Part shown: positions 25,995 through 35,044 of the stretch, in pieces
How the letters are laid out: the number at the start of each line of letters is the position of its first letter
How positions within the stretch are numbered: position 1 is the stretch's first letter
Source: an uncultured bacterium
GTDB lineage: Bacteria > Patescibacteriota > Minisyncoccia > Phycocordibacterales > Zambryskibacteraceae
Length of the DNA stretch: 57,567 nucleotides
Direction: 5' to 3'
Assembly: GCA_963789635.1 (NCBI GenBank)
Contig: CAWBLF010000001.1
Coordinates: 1 to 57,567 of the forward strand
Notes under the pieces: model-generated
What the model was told of the DNA's origin: nothing
Databases searched by the model: none
The model's input: the letters and a program-made list of their open reading frames with translations, nothing else
Made by a program: the position numbers and the translations under genes

Positions 25995-26603
25995 ATGGAA
26001 AAATTTGAAGAACAAAAATTCAACATCGGCACTCTTACCGGTATCAGCGCCAAAAACATTGAGGAACATTTGAAACTTTATAATGGCTATGTGAAAAACG
26101 CCAATGCGGTGATTGAAAAAATAAGCTTATTAAGCGCTGAATTTTTTGGAAAAAATATTGACAATTCATATCTCATCGGAGAACTCTTTCGACGTTTCAG
26201 TTTTGAGTATAACGGCATGAGAAATCACGAAATTTATTTTTCTTCGCTTTCAGACGGTCCAAAAGAATTGGATCCCGAAAGCAAATTGGCAAAAAAAATT
26301 GTGGAAACGTGTAACTCTGTAGACAATTTCCTCATGGGTTTTAAAAACATTGCTCTGACTAGGGGGGTGGGCTGGGCAGTGCTTTGGTATGACAAAAAGG
26401 ACAAAAGACTTCTGACTTCATGGGTAGACGAGCAACATCTTGGCCAATTAAACGGCTGTGAAATGATATTGGGGTTGGATATGTGGGAACACTCTTATGT
26501 GTATGATTACCAACCATCCGGAAAGAAAAAATATATTGAAGATTTTTTTCTAAATCTAAATTGGTCTGTGATTGAAAAAAATTTTACTGAAGCGACAAAG
26601 TAA
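25995..26603 (+). CDS. Fe/Mn superoxide dismutase family protein
   Basis: IEEHLKLYNGYV, GMRNHEIYF and LGLDMWEHSYVYDYQ align with the SOD metal-ligand blocks (H, H, D..H). Confidence 0.7.
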   Translation: MEKFEEQKFNIGTLTGISAKNIEEHLKLYNGYVKNANAVIEKISLLSAEFFGKNIDNSYLIGELFRRFSFEYNGMRNHEIYFSSLSDGPKELDPESKLAKKIVETCNSVDNFLMGFKNIALTRGVGWAVLWYDKKDKRLLTSWVDEQHLGQLNGCEMILGLDMWEHSYVYDYQPSGKKKYIEDFFLNLNWSVIEKNFTEATK

Positions 26604-26627
26604 CGAGACAAATAATTTTCCGGATTT

Positions 26628-28145
26628 TTAACTTGTGGTGGTTATCGCTTGCGGTTCAGACACCAACGGCTTTTTTGTATTTTTAATATAAAAAAATCCT
26701 AAAACAAAAATTGTATAACAAACAAACGGTACGAGTGGCGAAACTGCGGACAGAGATAAGTAGGAACCGGGAATTTGGGAAACGTGTTCCGCAATCCAAA
26801 TAATATAAACGAGAATAAAATAAGTAATCATCGCCGGTATGAATGCCACGTAATATCCGAGAAAACCCAAAAGACCGGTAAAAAAGCCTATGCCCATCAA
26901 CATCGGCACTATTGGAAGCACAATTAGATTCACAAAAAATCCCGAAATGGATACGATCCCGCTGGCATAGATAAGAAGTGGCATCACAAATATTTGTGTG
27001 GCCAGAGTAGCGCTGGCAATTTCACGCAAACCCCATTTTTCCGTAATCCATTTCAAATAAGGACTCAGTAACGGTGAAAACCAAATGAGGGCGACGGTGG
27101 CCAAGAATGAAAGCTGAAAACCCAAATCATATACCAAAATCCAAGGATTGAGCGCCACCATAATCAATGCCGCCAGTACAAGTCCGCGACCGACATCATA
27201 TTTTCTGCGCAAAACTTGCGCGCTGATGGCAAGTAGCGCCATAAAAGCCGCACGAATGACAGATGACCCTCCTCCGACCATGATGGTAAACAGGATGATA
27301 GCGATTGCGCCAAAACTAAATGAGTATAATCTTCCAAAGCGGGAAAAAATTTTACGCGTTGATTCAGCTACAATCATTATATTGTAGCCGGAAAGAACGA
27401 TGATGTGGATGATGCCCACCTTGCGAAATGCATCGGTCAAACCTTTAGTCATACCGTCGCTTACCCCAAGAATAATCCCCGCAAGAAGACCTGATTGAGG
27501 ATAAGGAATAACTCTTTCCAATGACGAAACAAAATTATTTTTGACTTTGAATAATTCCTTTGAAATAAATGACACTTGACCATCGCCAAGCTTTGTTAGG
27601 GTGGCGTGTGAAATTATAAAAGTGATGCCGTCTTTCAACAGATACGATTGATAATCAAAGGTTCTGCCGTTACCAGTCTCAAACGACTTTGGTAAATCCA
27701 AACCGCCATACACAGAAACAATATCACCATAAGAAAAAATGGGGAACATTGGTCCGCGAATTAATATTTTAGTTTTCGAATCCGTCTCAACTACATATTG
27801 GCGATATGTACCCTTCTCTTGTGGTTCATCTACGATTGTCCCTTGAACCTCCACGCTTTTCCCCACTTGTGAGAGCAGACTATTGTCGCTGTGCGGTGTA
27901 GCCAAAGCAAAACGTACCAAACCAAGCGAGACACAAAACAGGAAAAGGGTGACAAAAAATAAATGATAACGCAAAGGCCTCTCATTTACAAAATAAAAAA
28001 TATAAATACCTACAATCACCGCACACGAAAAGAGAAAACCGGCCAAAGAATAAAGTGGCAAACCAAATGACGCGACAAATACCCCGGAAAGAAAGCCGGC
28101 CGTAACGACATAAACTCCCGAAGCTGTTAACTTTTGACGCTCCAC
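26628..28145 (-). CDS. comEC: ComEC/Rec2 DNA-uptake channel (DUF4131 plus competence membrane domains, no MBL domain)
   Basis: 505-aa polytopic ORF with the ComEC core (HIIVLSGYNI, GGGSSVIRAAFMA). Confidence 0.8.
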   Translation of the reverse strand: MERQKLTASGVYVVTAGFLSGVFVASFGLPLYSLAGFLFSCAVIVGIYIFYFVNERPLRYHLFFVTLFLFCVSLGLVRFALATPHSDNSLLSQVGKSVEVQGTIVDEPQEKGTYRQYVVETDSKTKILIRGPMFPIFSYGDIVSVYGGLDLPKSFETGNGRTFDYQSYLLKDGITFIISHATLTKLGDGQVSFISKELFKVKNNFVSSLERVIPYPQSGLLAGIILGVSDGMTKGLTDAFRKVGIIHIIVLSGYNIMIVAESTRKIFSRFGRLYSFSFGAIAIILFTIMVGGGSSVIRAAFMALLAISAQVLRRKYDVGRGLVLAALIMVALNPWILVYDLGFQLSFLATVALIWFSPLLSPYLKWITEKWGLREIASATLATQIFVMPLLIYASGIVSISGFFVNLIVLPIVPMLMGIGFFTGLLGFLGYYVAFIPAMITYFILVYIIWIAEHVSQIPGSYLSLSAVSPLVPFVCYTIFVLGFFYIKNTKKPLVSEPQAITTTS

Positions 28146-28855
28146 AATTTTATAATGGCTTGCTCGTCGTCCTTTGAAAAAGATTTTTTGAACTTGGCTC
28201 CGGAAACTCCTTTGACGCGCTTTTCACACTCCGCCCACGTGGCGTGTGTTTTGACGATACCATTTACACTGCTGACGTAGGAATATGGCTTGCCAGAGCT
28301 TTTAGCTTTTGGCTTATAGCTTTTAGCTTTAGTTGCGGAAATACTTTTCAAATCAATTGAGTATTTCTCAAGCGAGCCGGAATATAATTTTGGCTTCATT
28401 CCATCCGCAAAAGATGTGGCAATCACATCGCACCTCTCGTTGCCGGCAGTCCCCGTGTGTCCCTTTACCAGTTTCCATTCAGTTTGTAACCTTTGCAATA
28501 AATTGGATAACTTTTTCCACAAGTCCTGATTCAAAACTGCTTTCTTGGTTTTCGTCTTCCAATTATTTCTCTGCCAATCGTGCACCCAGATAGTCGCCCC
28601 GTTCAAAACGTAGCTTGAGTCTGTGTAGATAACCATTTTTGGCGCTGGTTTTGCGCCGAGGTTAAGCCTCAGTGATTTATAAACAAAATTAAAAGCTTCT
28701 ATAACGGCGGTTAGTTCCATTCTGTTGTTGGTGGTATTACTTTCACCACCGCCAAATTCTGTGACTTTTTCACCAATCGAAACGATACTACCCCATCCGC
28801 CAGGACCGGGGTTCCCTCTTGCCGCGCCATCGGTAAATATAATTATAGGTTTCAT
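28127..28855 (-). CDS. rnhA: ribonuclease HI with a C-terminal hybrid-binding-like extension
   Basis: DGAARGNPGPGGWG, TNNRMEL, YTDSSYV and VKGHTGTAGNERCD match RNase HI. The C-terminal 50 aa (YSYVSSVNGIVKTHATWAECEKRVKGVSGAKFKKF) resemble the HBD/viroplasmin-type domain. Confidence 0.8.
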   Translation of the reverse strand: MKPIIIFTDGAARGNPGPGGWGSIVSIGEKVTEFGGGESNTTNNRMELTAVIEAFNFVYKSLRLNLGAKPAPKMVIYTDSSYVLNGATIWVHDWQRNNWKTKTKKAVLNQDLWKKLSNLLQRLQTEWKLVKGHTGTAGNERCDVIATSFADGMKPKLYSGSLEKYSIDLKSISATKAKSYKPKAKSSGKPYSYVSSVNGIVKTHATWAECEKRVKGVSGAKFKKSFSKDDEQAIIKLWSVKS

Positions 28856-30570
28856 GATTCAATGATATCAACGATTCTTAATCTTAGCTCCGGATAATTC
28901 CTAAAATTTGATTTCTCAAGAGTGCCAATAATGTTTATCGGCTTACCCACTTCCGGCACCGCGCTGAAATCGATCGGCGTGGAGAAAAAACTTATGGCTT
29001 TAATAATCTTGTTGTCCGATCCATATACTACTTCCAAATGATTGCGTTCTTTGCCAAATTGTTTTATCGCCGACACGATTCCACCAGTAACAAGAAAAAG
29101 TGGTTTTGAATTGCCCACGCCAAACGGTGACAATCGTTCAATGTGCCGATAAATATCCCACGTGATTTCAGGCACCGTCAATTTTTCATCAAGAAAAATT
29201 TGACTGAATGAATCTTTTGCCGGCAGAGACTCCCAAGCTTTGTTCAAAGCGCTTTCCAGCGTGTGAACTTGTTCATTGTTTAACGAAAAACCTCCAGCCA
29301 TTGTATGGCCACCATATTGAGTAAATGCGTCTTTTGCTCCTTCCATAAGAGCCATAAGATCCGTCACTCCGTCGGAACGACACGAACCCTTGATAACGGA
29401 ATCGCCGTTGCGTCCCCAAAGAAATACCGGTCTGGAAATGTCATCGGCAATACTGTTTGCCACAAGACCGAGAAGCGACGGTTTCCATATTGGATTGCCA
29501 AATACCAAAACCTTTGGCAAATCGCCTTCCGTTTCTCTGGCTCGCAGATGTTTTTTAATTTCTTTTACAAGAGAAGCCACCACCCCTTTGCGTTCATCGT
29601 TTATTGAATTTAGATGAGCGGATAGTCTCCCCGCCTCAACCAAGTCTTCGGTGTTCAAAAGATCGAATGCGTCTTTCGGGTGACCCATTCGCGAGGCCGC
29701 ATTGATTCTTGGCGCCAGTGAAAATCCAATATCATCTTCCGATACCATCCTCTGGTCAACACCGAGTGTTGACCAGATGGCCTGAAGACCAGGGCGCGGG
29801 GATTTACGCAAAACTTTGAGACCAAAATAGGCAAGTGCTCTATTTTCTCCAACCAACGGCACCATATCAGAGAGCGTGGCCATACCGACGAGATCCAGAT
29901 ACCATTTTTCTTTTCCTTCCATTAGTCCAAAACGATTTTTTAATAAAATTCCTTGAATTAATTTGTAAACAACACCCGAACCGCAAAGTATCCGTTCCGG
30001 ATAAATCGAATCTGTCAATTTTGGATTAATAATGGCAAAAGCATTTGACGCTACGGCTCCGGGCTCATGATGGTCGGTAATAATGACATCGATTCCAAGC
30101 TCTTGGGCACGCGCAACCTGCTCTATATCGGCGATCCCGCAATCAACAGTGATTATGAGGTTAATTCCTTTTTCTTTAAAAGCCTCTACCGCCTCCAAAT
30201 GCAATCCGTATCCCTCTTCTTGGCGGTGTGGAATATAATTTTCTACATTTTTGTATCCAATTTGGTCAAAAAACTGTTTGAGGACCACTCCTCCGGGAAT
30301 TCCGTCCGCGTCGTAATCACTATAAATAATTATTTTTTCATCGTCCTTTATGGCTCGGAGAATCCTCTCCACAGCACGTTCCATTCCAGAAAAAAGATAT
30401 GGGTCATGAAGGTGGGTCACATAATCGGGGTTTAGGAAGCCTTCCGCCTCTACCGCCGTCAAAATACTCCTAGAATAAAGGAGTTTTTGGAGTATCGGGT
30501 GATAGGCAGCCAGTTCTTTGCGAACATCTTCCGGGACTTCCGGTCTGACTGTATATGTTTTTGAAGGCAT
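28852..30570 (-). CDS. recJ: single-stranded-DNA-specific exonuclease RecJ
   Basis: DHH family motifs (IIYSDYDADG, VITDHH). 572 aa. Its TGA stop overlaps the rnhA ATG. Confidence 0.9.
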   Translation of the reverse strand: MPSKTYTVRPEVPEDVRKELAAYHPILQKLLYSRSILTAVEAEGFLNPDYVTHLHDPYLFSGMERAVERILRAIKDDEKIIIYSDYDADGIPGGVVLKQFFDQIGYKNVENYIPHRQEEGYGLHLEAVEAFKEKGINLIITVDCGIADIEQVARAQELGIDVIITDHHEPGAVASNAFAIINPKLTDSIYPERILCGSGVVYKLIQGILLKNRFGLMEGKEKWYLDLVGMATLSDMVPLVGENRALAYFGLKVLRKSPRPGLQAIWSTLGVDQRMVSEDDIGFSLAPRINAASRMGHPKDAFDLLNTEDLVEAGRLSAHLNSINDERKGVVASLVKEIKKHLRARETEGDLPKVLVFGNPIWKPSLLGLVANSIADDISRPVFLWGRNGDSVIKGSCRSDGVTDLMALMEGAKDAFTQYGGHTMAGGFSLNNEQVHTLESALNKAWESLPAKDSFSQIFLDEKLTVPEITWDIYRHIERLSPFGVGNSKPLFLVTGGIVSAIKQFGKERNHLEVVYGSDNKIIKAISFFSTPIDFSAVPEVGKPINIIGTLEKSNFRNYPELRLRIVDIIES

Positions 30571-30590
30571 TTTGCTATTATACTGTAATC

Positions 30591-30989
30591 ATGAACGATT
30601 GTATTTTTTGCAAAATCGCCAAAGGAGAAATCCCCTCCGAGAAAATCGACGAAGACAAAGATTCTTTTTCAATTTTGGATATAAATCCGGTGCACGAAGG
30701 GCATGTGCTCGTCATGCCCAAAAAACATTACCCCAGTATGGCCGAAACTCCGGACGAAATGATTGATGTCCTGTTTAGAAAAGCAAAATTTTTAATGCCG
30801 GCTATCAAAAAAGCGATGGGTGCCGATTTCGTGGTATTGACTATTGTCGGCACCGACGTTCCACATTTTCACATCCATCTGATACCAAGGCTTCATGGTG
30901 ATGGTCTAGCCGGTTTTTGGCCGGCAAAAAAATACGAGAGCGCAGATAAGATGAAAGAAGTCGGGAAAAAAATCCGCCAAAATTTGTAA
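30591..30989 (+). CDS. HIT family protein
   Basis: CIFCKI... and histidine triad VPHFHIHLIPR. Start at ATG 30591. Confidence 0.85.
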   Translation: MNDCIFCKIAKGEIPSEKIDEDKDSFSILDINPVHEGHVLVMPKKHYPSMAETPDEMIDVLFRKAKFLMPAIKKAMGADFVVLTIVGTDVPHFHIHLIPRLHGDGLAGFWPAKKYESADKMKEVGKKIRQNL

Positions 30990-31028
30990 TTGGAATAAAT
31001 TTTTTACCCGATTACTTACTGCTGACTA

Positions 31029-32147
31029 CTATTTACTTTCATTAAGTGCTTCTAATCCCGGCAATGTTTCGTTTGCCAAAAAATCAAGCATCGCACCACC
31101 GCCGGTTGAAATAAAACTAAATTTGTCCGTCAAATTGAGTTCAGCGATAGAGGCAATGGTATCTCCGCCACCTACTATTGTTTCAGATTTGGATTGAGCG
31201 ATTACCTTAGCCAAGGCTTCGGTCCCTTCTTTGAATCCTTTTTCATAATTACCCAGTGGTCCATTCCAAAGAATAAAACGGGATTCATTTATCGTAGAAC
31301 GTAGAGCTTCAATAGATTTTGGGCCAACATCATAAATAATGTCCGTAGACAAAACTTCTTCTACTTTTTTTATCTCTTTACCGTTGGCGCTCTGTACGAC
31401 TACATCTGATGGAAGGATCAATTTATCTGTCAAAAATTTTTCCAAATGAAAGGTGCCATCGGAGACCACCGATTTTCCTGAGTCCAATCCGCGAGCTTTG
31501 AAAAAATCATTGGCCAACGCGCCCCCGACAAAAATCTTGTCAGCAACGGCAAAAAACTTTTCGAATAAAGGAAACTTGGTTTCAAATTTAGCCCCACCTA
31601 TAACAAAAAGAAACGGGTGCATGGGATGAAAAGCGCGGGATAACTCTTTTATTTCTTCTTCAAAAATTAGGCCGGCAAAACCGGGAATATACTTGGGAAT
31701 TCCCACAATAGAAGCGTGCGTGCGGTGGGAACTGGGAAACGCTTCGTTGACATATAAATCGGCAAAACCTGCCAAATGCTTGGCAAAAGCTTCGTCATTA
31801 CTTTTTTCGCCGGAATATTTTCTCAAGTTTTCCAAAAGGAAAATGGAGCCGTTTTCGGTCGCGCTTTCCAACTCCTTGGGAAGATTTGGAAAATAGTCAT
31901 GGATAAATGTTATTTTGTATTTCTTTTTTAAATATTCCGCTACCGGCGCCAGCGTATCCACAGAACCTTCGATGTGGCTTGCCAATACAAGCCTGGCTCC
32001 TTTTGCCATTAGCGCATCAATCGTTTTGAAAGATTTTTGAATCCGAAAATCATCACCCACCGCTCCATCAACGATTGGCACATTGAAGTCCGTGCGGACA
32101 AAAATAGTTTTGCCGGAAACATCCGAAAGATCGTTGAGTGTTCTCAT
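31029..32147 (-). CDS. pgk: phosphoglycerate kinase
   Basis: RTDFNVP, ASHIEGS and STGGGAMLDFL motifs. Confidence 0.9.
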   Translation of the reverse strand: MRTLNDLSDVSGKTIFVRTDFNVPIVDGAVGDDFRIQKSFKTIDALMAKGARLVLASHIEGSVDTLAPVAEYLKKKYKITFIHDYFPNLPKELESATENGSIFLLENLRKYSGEKSNDEAFAKHLAGFADLYVNEAFPSSHRTHASIVGIPKYIPGFAGLIFEEEIKELSRAFHPMHPFLFVIGGAKFETKFPLFEKFFAVADKIFVGGALANDFFKARGLDSGKSVVSDGTFHLEKFLTDKLILPSDVVVQSANGKEIKKVEEVLSTDIIYDVGPKSIEALRSTINESRFILWNGPLGNYEKGFKEGTEALAKVIAQSKSETIVGGGDTIASIAELNLTDKFSFISTGGGAMLDFLANETLPGLEALNESK

Positions 32148-32151
32148 ATTG

Positions 32152-32907
32152 TTAAAATGAGTCTACTGCTTTGAGGATGGGCCCGAATGTTTCTGACGAC
32201 AGGCTTGCCCGACCGACAAGAAATCCCACCACGTTGCCGTGCTCAATCAGGTCACCTGCATTCCCACCATCGACCGACCCGCCATACAAAATCTTCGGCA
32301 TGATAAGATTTTTCTGTCCATACATTTCAACCAAAATCTTTTTGATAAACAAGACTGTCTCGTGAAGTATGCGCGAATCCATAGCTCCGCGAGCTTCAGT
32401 ACCTATGGCCCAAATGGGCTCATACGCGATAATTAATTTTGCAATATCGGCACGAGAAAGACCAAGAAGAGCTTCACGAATCTGTTCACGCAAAAATGAA
32501 AGGTAATCACCATGATGGTCATGATCTTTTTCACCGATGCACAAAACCGGAATCATTTTTGCGCCGAGGATGACTTTGATTTTTTTGTTGACTACGTTAT
32601 TTGTCTCGCCCATCGCTCTGCGTTCCGAATGACCGACAATGACATACCTGACACCGAGAGCAGCAAGCATTCGGGGGCTAATCTCACCGGTAAAAGCACC
32701 TCCTTCTTCAAAGAAGGCGTTTTGGGCTCCTAAGAAAAACTTTTTGGATTTTGACTTGAAAAGAGAAAGATAAATGGCTGGTGGCGCCACAACAACACTA
32801 ACTTTTTTTAATTTTGCGGAAAGACTGGCGACACTATTGAATAATTTTTTAGCCTCTACTTGGTTCACCGGATTCATCTTCCAGTTGCCGATTACAATAT
32901 ATTTCAT
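32152..32907 (-). CDS. tpiA: triosephosphate isomerase
   Basis: GNWKMN, VGHSERR, AYEPIWAIGT and YGGSV motifs. Start at ATG 32907. Confidence 0.9.
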   Translation of the reverse strand: MKYIVIGNWKMNPVNQVEAKKLFNSVASLSAKLKKVSVVVAPPAIYLSLFKSKSKKFFLGAQNAFFEEGGAFTGEISPRMLAALGVRYVIVGHSERRAMGETNNVVNKKIKVILGAKMIPVLCIGEKDHDHHGDYLSFLREQIREALLGLSRADIAKLIIAYEPIWAIGTEARGAMDSRILHETVLFIKKILVEMYGQKNLIMPKILYGGSVDGGNAGDLIEHGNVVGFLVGRASLSSETFGPILKAVDSF

Positions 32908-32931
32908 ACCACCATTATACCCTACCAATTA

Positions 32932-34380
32932 TTATTTCACTTCTTGCCATGACAAAATTTGGTACTGAGAAGACGTAAGAGGAAAAGACGGTGGTGGAGC
33001 ATAAAGAAGGTTGGCATCATAAGTAATGTTGCGGGTCGTATATCCATTGCCATCAGTATAAGCAAATCCATAACGAAGATTTGTTGCAATCATGCCAAAA
33101 AGAGTGATTGTTGAAAGAGTGTTGTATGGAGAACAAGAATTTCCCCCGCCACCAGGGTAATAAAATCGTCCCACACGACCATTTTGCGCAACCAAAGCCC
33201 CATCAATGACCAAATTAGTCGGGCTAACCATCCCCACAGTAATATTTCCCTGTGAAATGAGTGCTATTGAGTCTGTGCCGTCAAAATTTGTGTAATTTAA
33301 ATTATTATTAACCATAATATTGGGAGTTGTGGCGGCATTATAAGGAAATTTCCCAGAAGCTATTGTGACTCGCGACTTATTGATGGTTCCGTCTACCCAT
33401 ACATTGTCTTCAACAAAAACGATGCCATTGGCTGGAATAGTATAATTCGCCAAAAATGTCTGATTTTTTATACTCCACGTTCCCCAACCGGTGGCCCCAA
33501 GAACATTCGTGCAGGAATTACCTGGCGTTATCTGTGCCGTAACTTTGTAAATATCAAAAGTGTTGTTGGTTTTCAAAATAATGTGATACCCCTGAGAACC
33601 TGAAGGTGCAAAATATCTACCGGCAGATTGGGCGTCACTTTTCATTTGAGCCAAATTGGCGGTGATGCCTGTGAAGTCGGTTGCCGGAACAGGAAATTGC
33701 CTGCCCGCTTGAAAAATGTCTGTGCGTGTAGGTACCGCCGCCGGAGGAGTGGGGTCAGCCGGTGAGACACAAGTGTGTACACCGAAAGCAGTCGTTGTGC
33801 AGGCATCACTATCGGTGTCGGTGTATGTGGCCACAGCGCTAGTCACCAAATTGTGAGCGACTCCATCAAATCTTATACCTTGGTTTGATTGTATCGGACC
33901 AAACACCTCCGTACCCACACCAAAACGCATATTGCTATTTGCTACTACGGCGTATTTTGCCAACGACGGTATCGCAAGTTGCTCCTCTATGGTTCTCTTT
34001 ATATTCTGGTTTCCCGCTGGAATTCCGGTTGAATCGATTATCACTTTTGTTGAACCGACAGGGGGAGGGGTAATGATCAGAGAAAATTGCCCCGAAACGT
34101 TTCCACTTTTGTCCACAACCGTATGTACATACGGTCCGGGAGTGTTAGTGCCATCCTGAAAATCTTGAGAGGCGTGGGCCAGATGCCAACGATAATAATC
34201 TACCCCAGCTTCCGCCAATTGAATTGATTGCTCGCTGTAAATGGCGTTGCGGGAAGCTTGAATATTTACTCCGGCCCACCCCACCAAAGCTCCCACCATC
34301 ACCATAGCAATAGCGGAAAAAACAATTACAGGGATAAGAACTTGGCCAGACGTTGACAATGTAAAGCGTTGTTTTTGCAT
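32932..34380 (-). CDS. pilus-associated protein with a PilX-like N-terminal TM segment
   Basis: 482 aa. N-terminal hydrophobic helix (GQVLIPVIVFSAIAMVMVGALVGWAG). Abuts two prepilin-type genes with no gap. Confidence 0.45.
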   Translation of the reverse strand: MQKQRFTLSTSGQVLIPVIVFSAIAMVMVGALVGWAGVNIQASRNAIYSEQSIQLAEAGVDYYRWHLAHASQDFQDGTNTPGPYVHTVVDKSGNVSGQFSLIITPPPVGSTKVIIDSTGIPAGNQNIKRTIEEQLAIPSLAKYAVVANSNMRFGVGTEVFGPIQSNQGIRFDGVAHNLVTSAVATYTDTDSDACTTTAFGVHTCVSPADPTPPAAVPTRTDIFQAGRQFPVPATDFTGITANLAQMKSDAQSAGRYFAPSGSQGYHIILKTNNTFDIYKVTAQITPGNSCTNVLGATGWGTWSIKNQTFLANYTIPANGIVFVEDNVWVDGTINKSRVTIASGKFPYNAATTPNIMVNNNLNYTNFDGTDSIALISQGNITVGMVSPTNLVIDGALVAQNGRVGRFYYPGGGGNSCSPYNTLSTITLFGMIATNLRYGFAYTDGNGYTTRNITYDANLLYAPPPSFPLTSSQYQILSWQEVK

Positions 34381-35037
34381 TTAAAAATTATCTTTAAGAT
34401 TACGCAGAGTCCCTAGCGAAGTGACCGTGATTGGGCCCGGTGGTTTATTCGGGTCTGCGTCGATAATCACGGTTACGCGGATCAGACGCACTGCCGCAAT
34501 ATTTACGGGCTGGGTAAGAGGACTGGAAGTACCGGCATAATTGGTATCAAAATAATCAAAGATTGGTGTAGACGTGGGATTGCTGACATTGGTTATTACC
34601 GTTTCGGTCGTTTCATTTGCGCTTGGGTAAGTGGGCGGGTTGCCCGAAGGCTCTGTTTGCCCTCTCATGAGAGTGGCGCCATTTAAATAATAACGCAATT
34701 GTTCTTTGGTTCCATCGCCGGTAACATCGCTAAAAAAAGTTAGACTTGATGTGCCTGCCAACGCGATTGGATAGGCGCCGGCGGCGGACGGTGAAGCGCT
34801 CCTAAATTCTGTGACCATTTTTCTGAGAACGTTTCTCCCGTTAAGCTGGGCACTCAGATTGTTTTGAATCATAGTGTTGTATAAAAAAATATTTGCCCCA
34901 AAATTGGCTATTGCCAATCCAATCATGACGACAATAGCCGTTGTAACCAACATTTCAACCAACGTAAACCCTGTATTACTTTTTTTGTAAATTGATGCGT
35001 TAATATTTTTCCTAAAATTTAAAATAATATTGCTCAT
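34381..35037 (-). CDS. prepilin-type N-terminal cleavage/methylation domain protein (pseudopilin)
   Basis: NTGFTLVEMLVTTAIVVMIGLA matches the G-F-T-L-x-E class III signal. Confidence 0.8.
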   Translation of the reverse strand: MSNIILNFRKNINASIYKKSNTGFTLVEMLVTTAIVVMIGLAIANFGANIFLYNTMIQNNLSAQLNGRNVLRKMVTEFRSASPSAAGAYPIALAGTSSLTFFSDVTGDGTKEQLRYYLNGATLMRGQTEPSGNPPTYPSANETTETVITNVSNPTSTPIFDYFDTNYAGTSSPLTQPVNIAAVRLIRVTVIIDADPNKPPGPITVTSLGTLRNLKDNF

Positions 35038-35044
35038 ACGGTTG

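Noticed and set aside
25995-26603. The SOD-like protein as a degenerate, non-catalytic paralogue.
   Set aside because: The four expected metal-ligand positions (H in IEEH, H in NHEIY, D and H in DMWEH) all appear to be present, so there is no sequence basis for calling it inactive.
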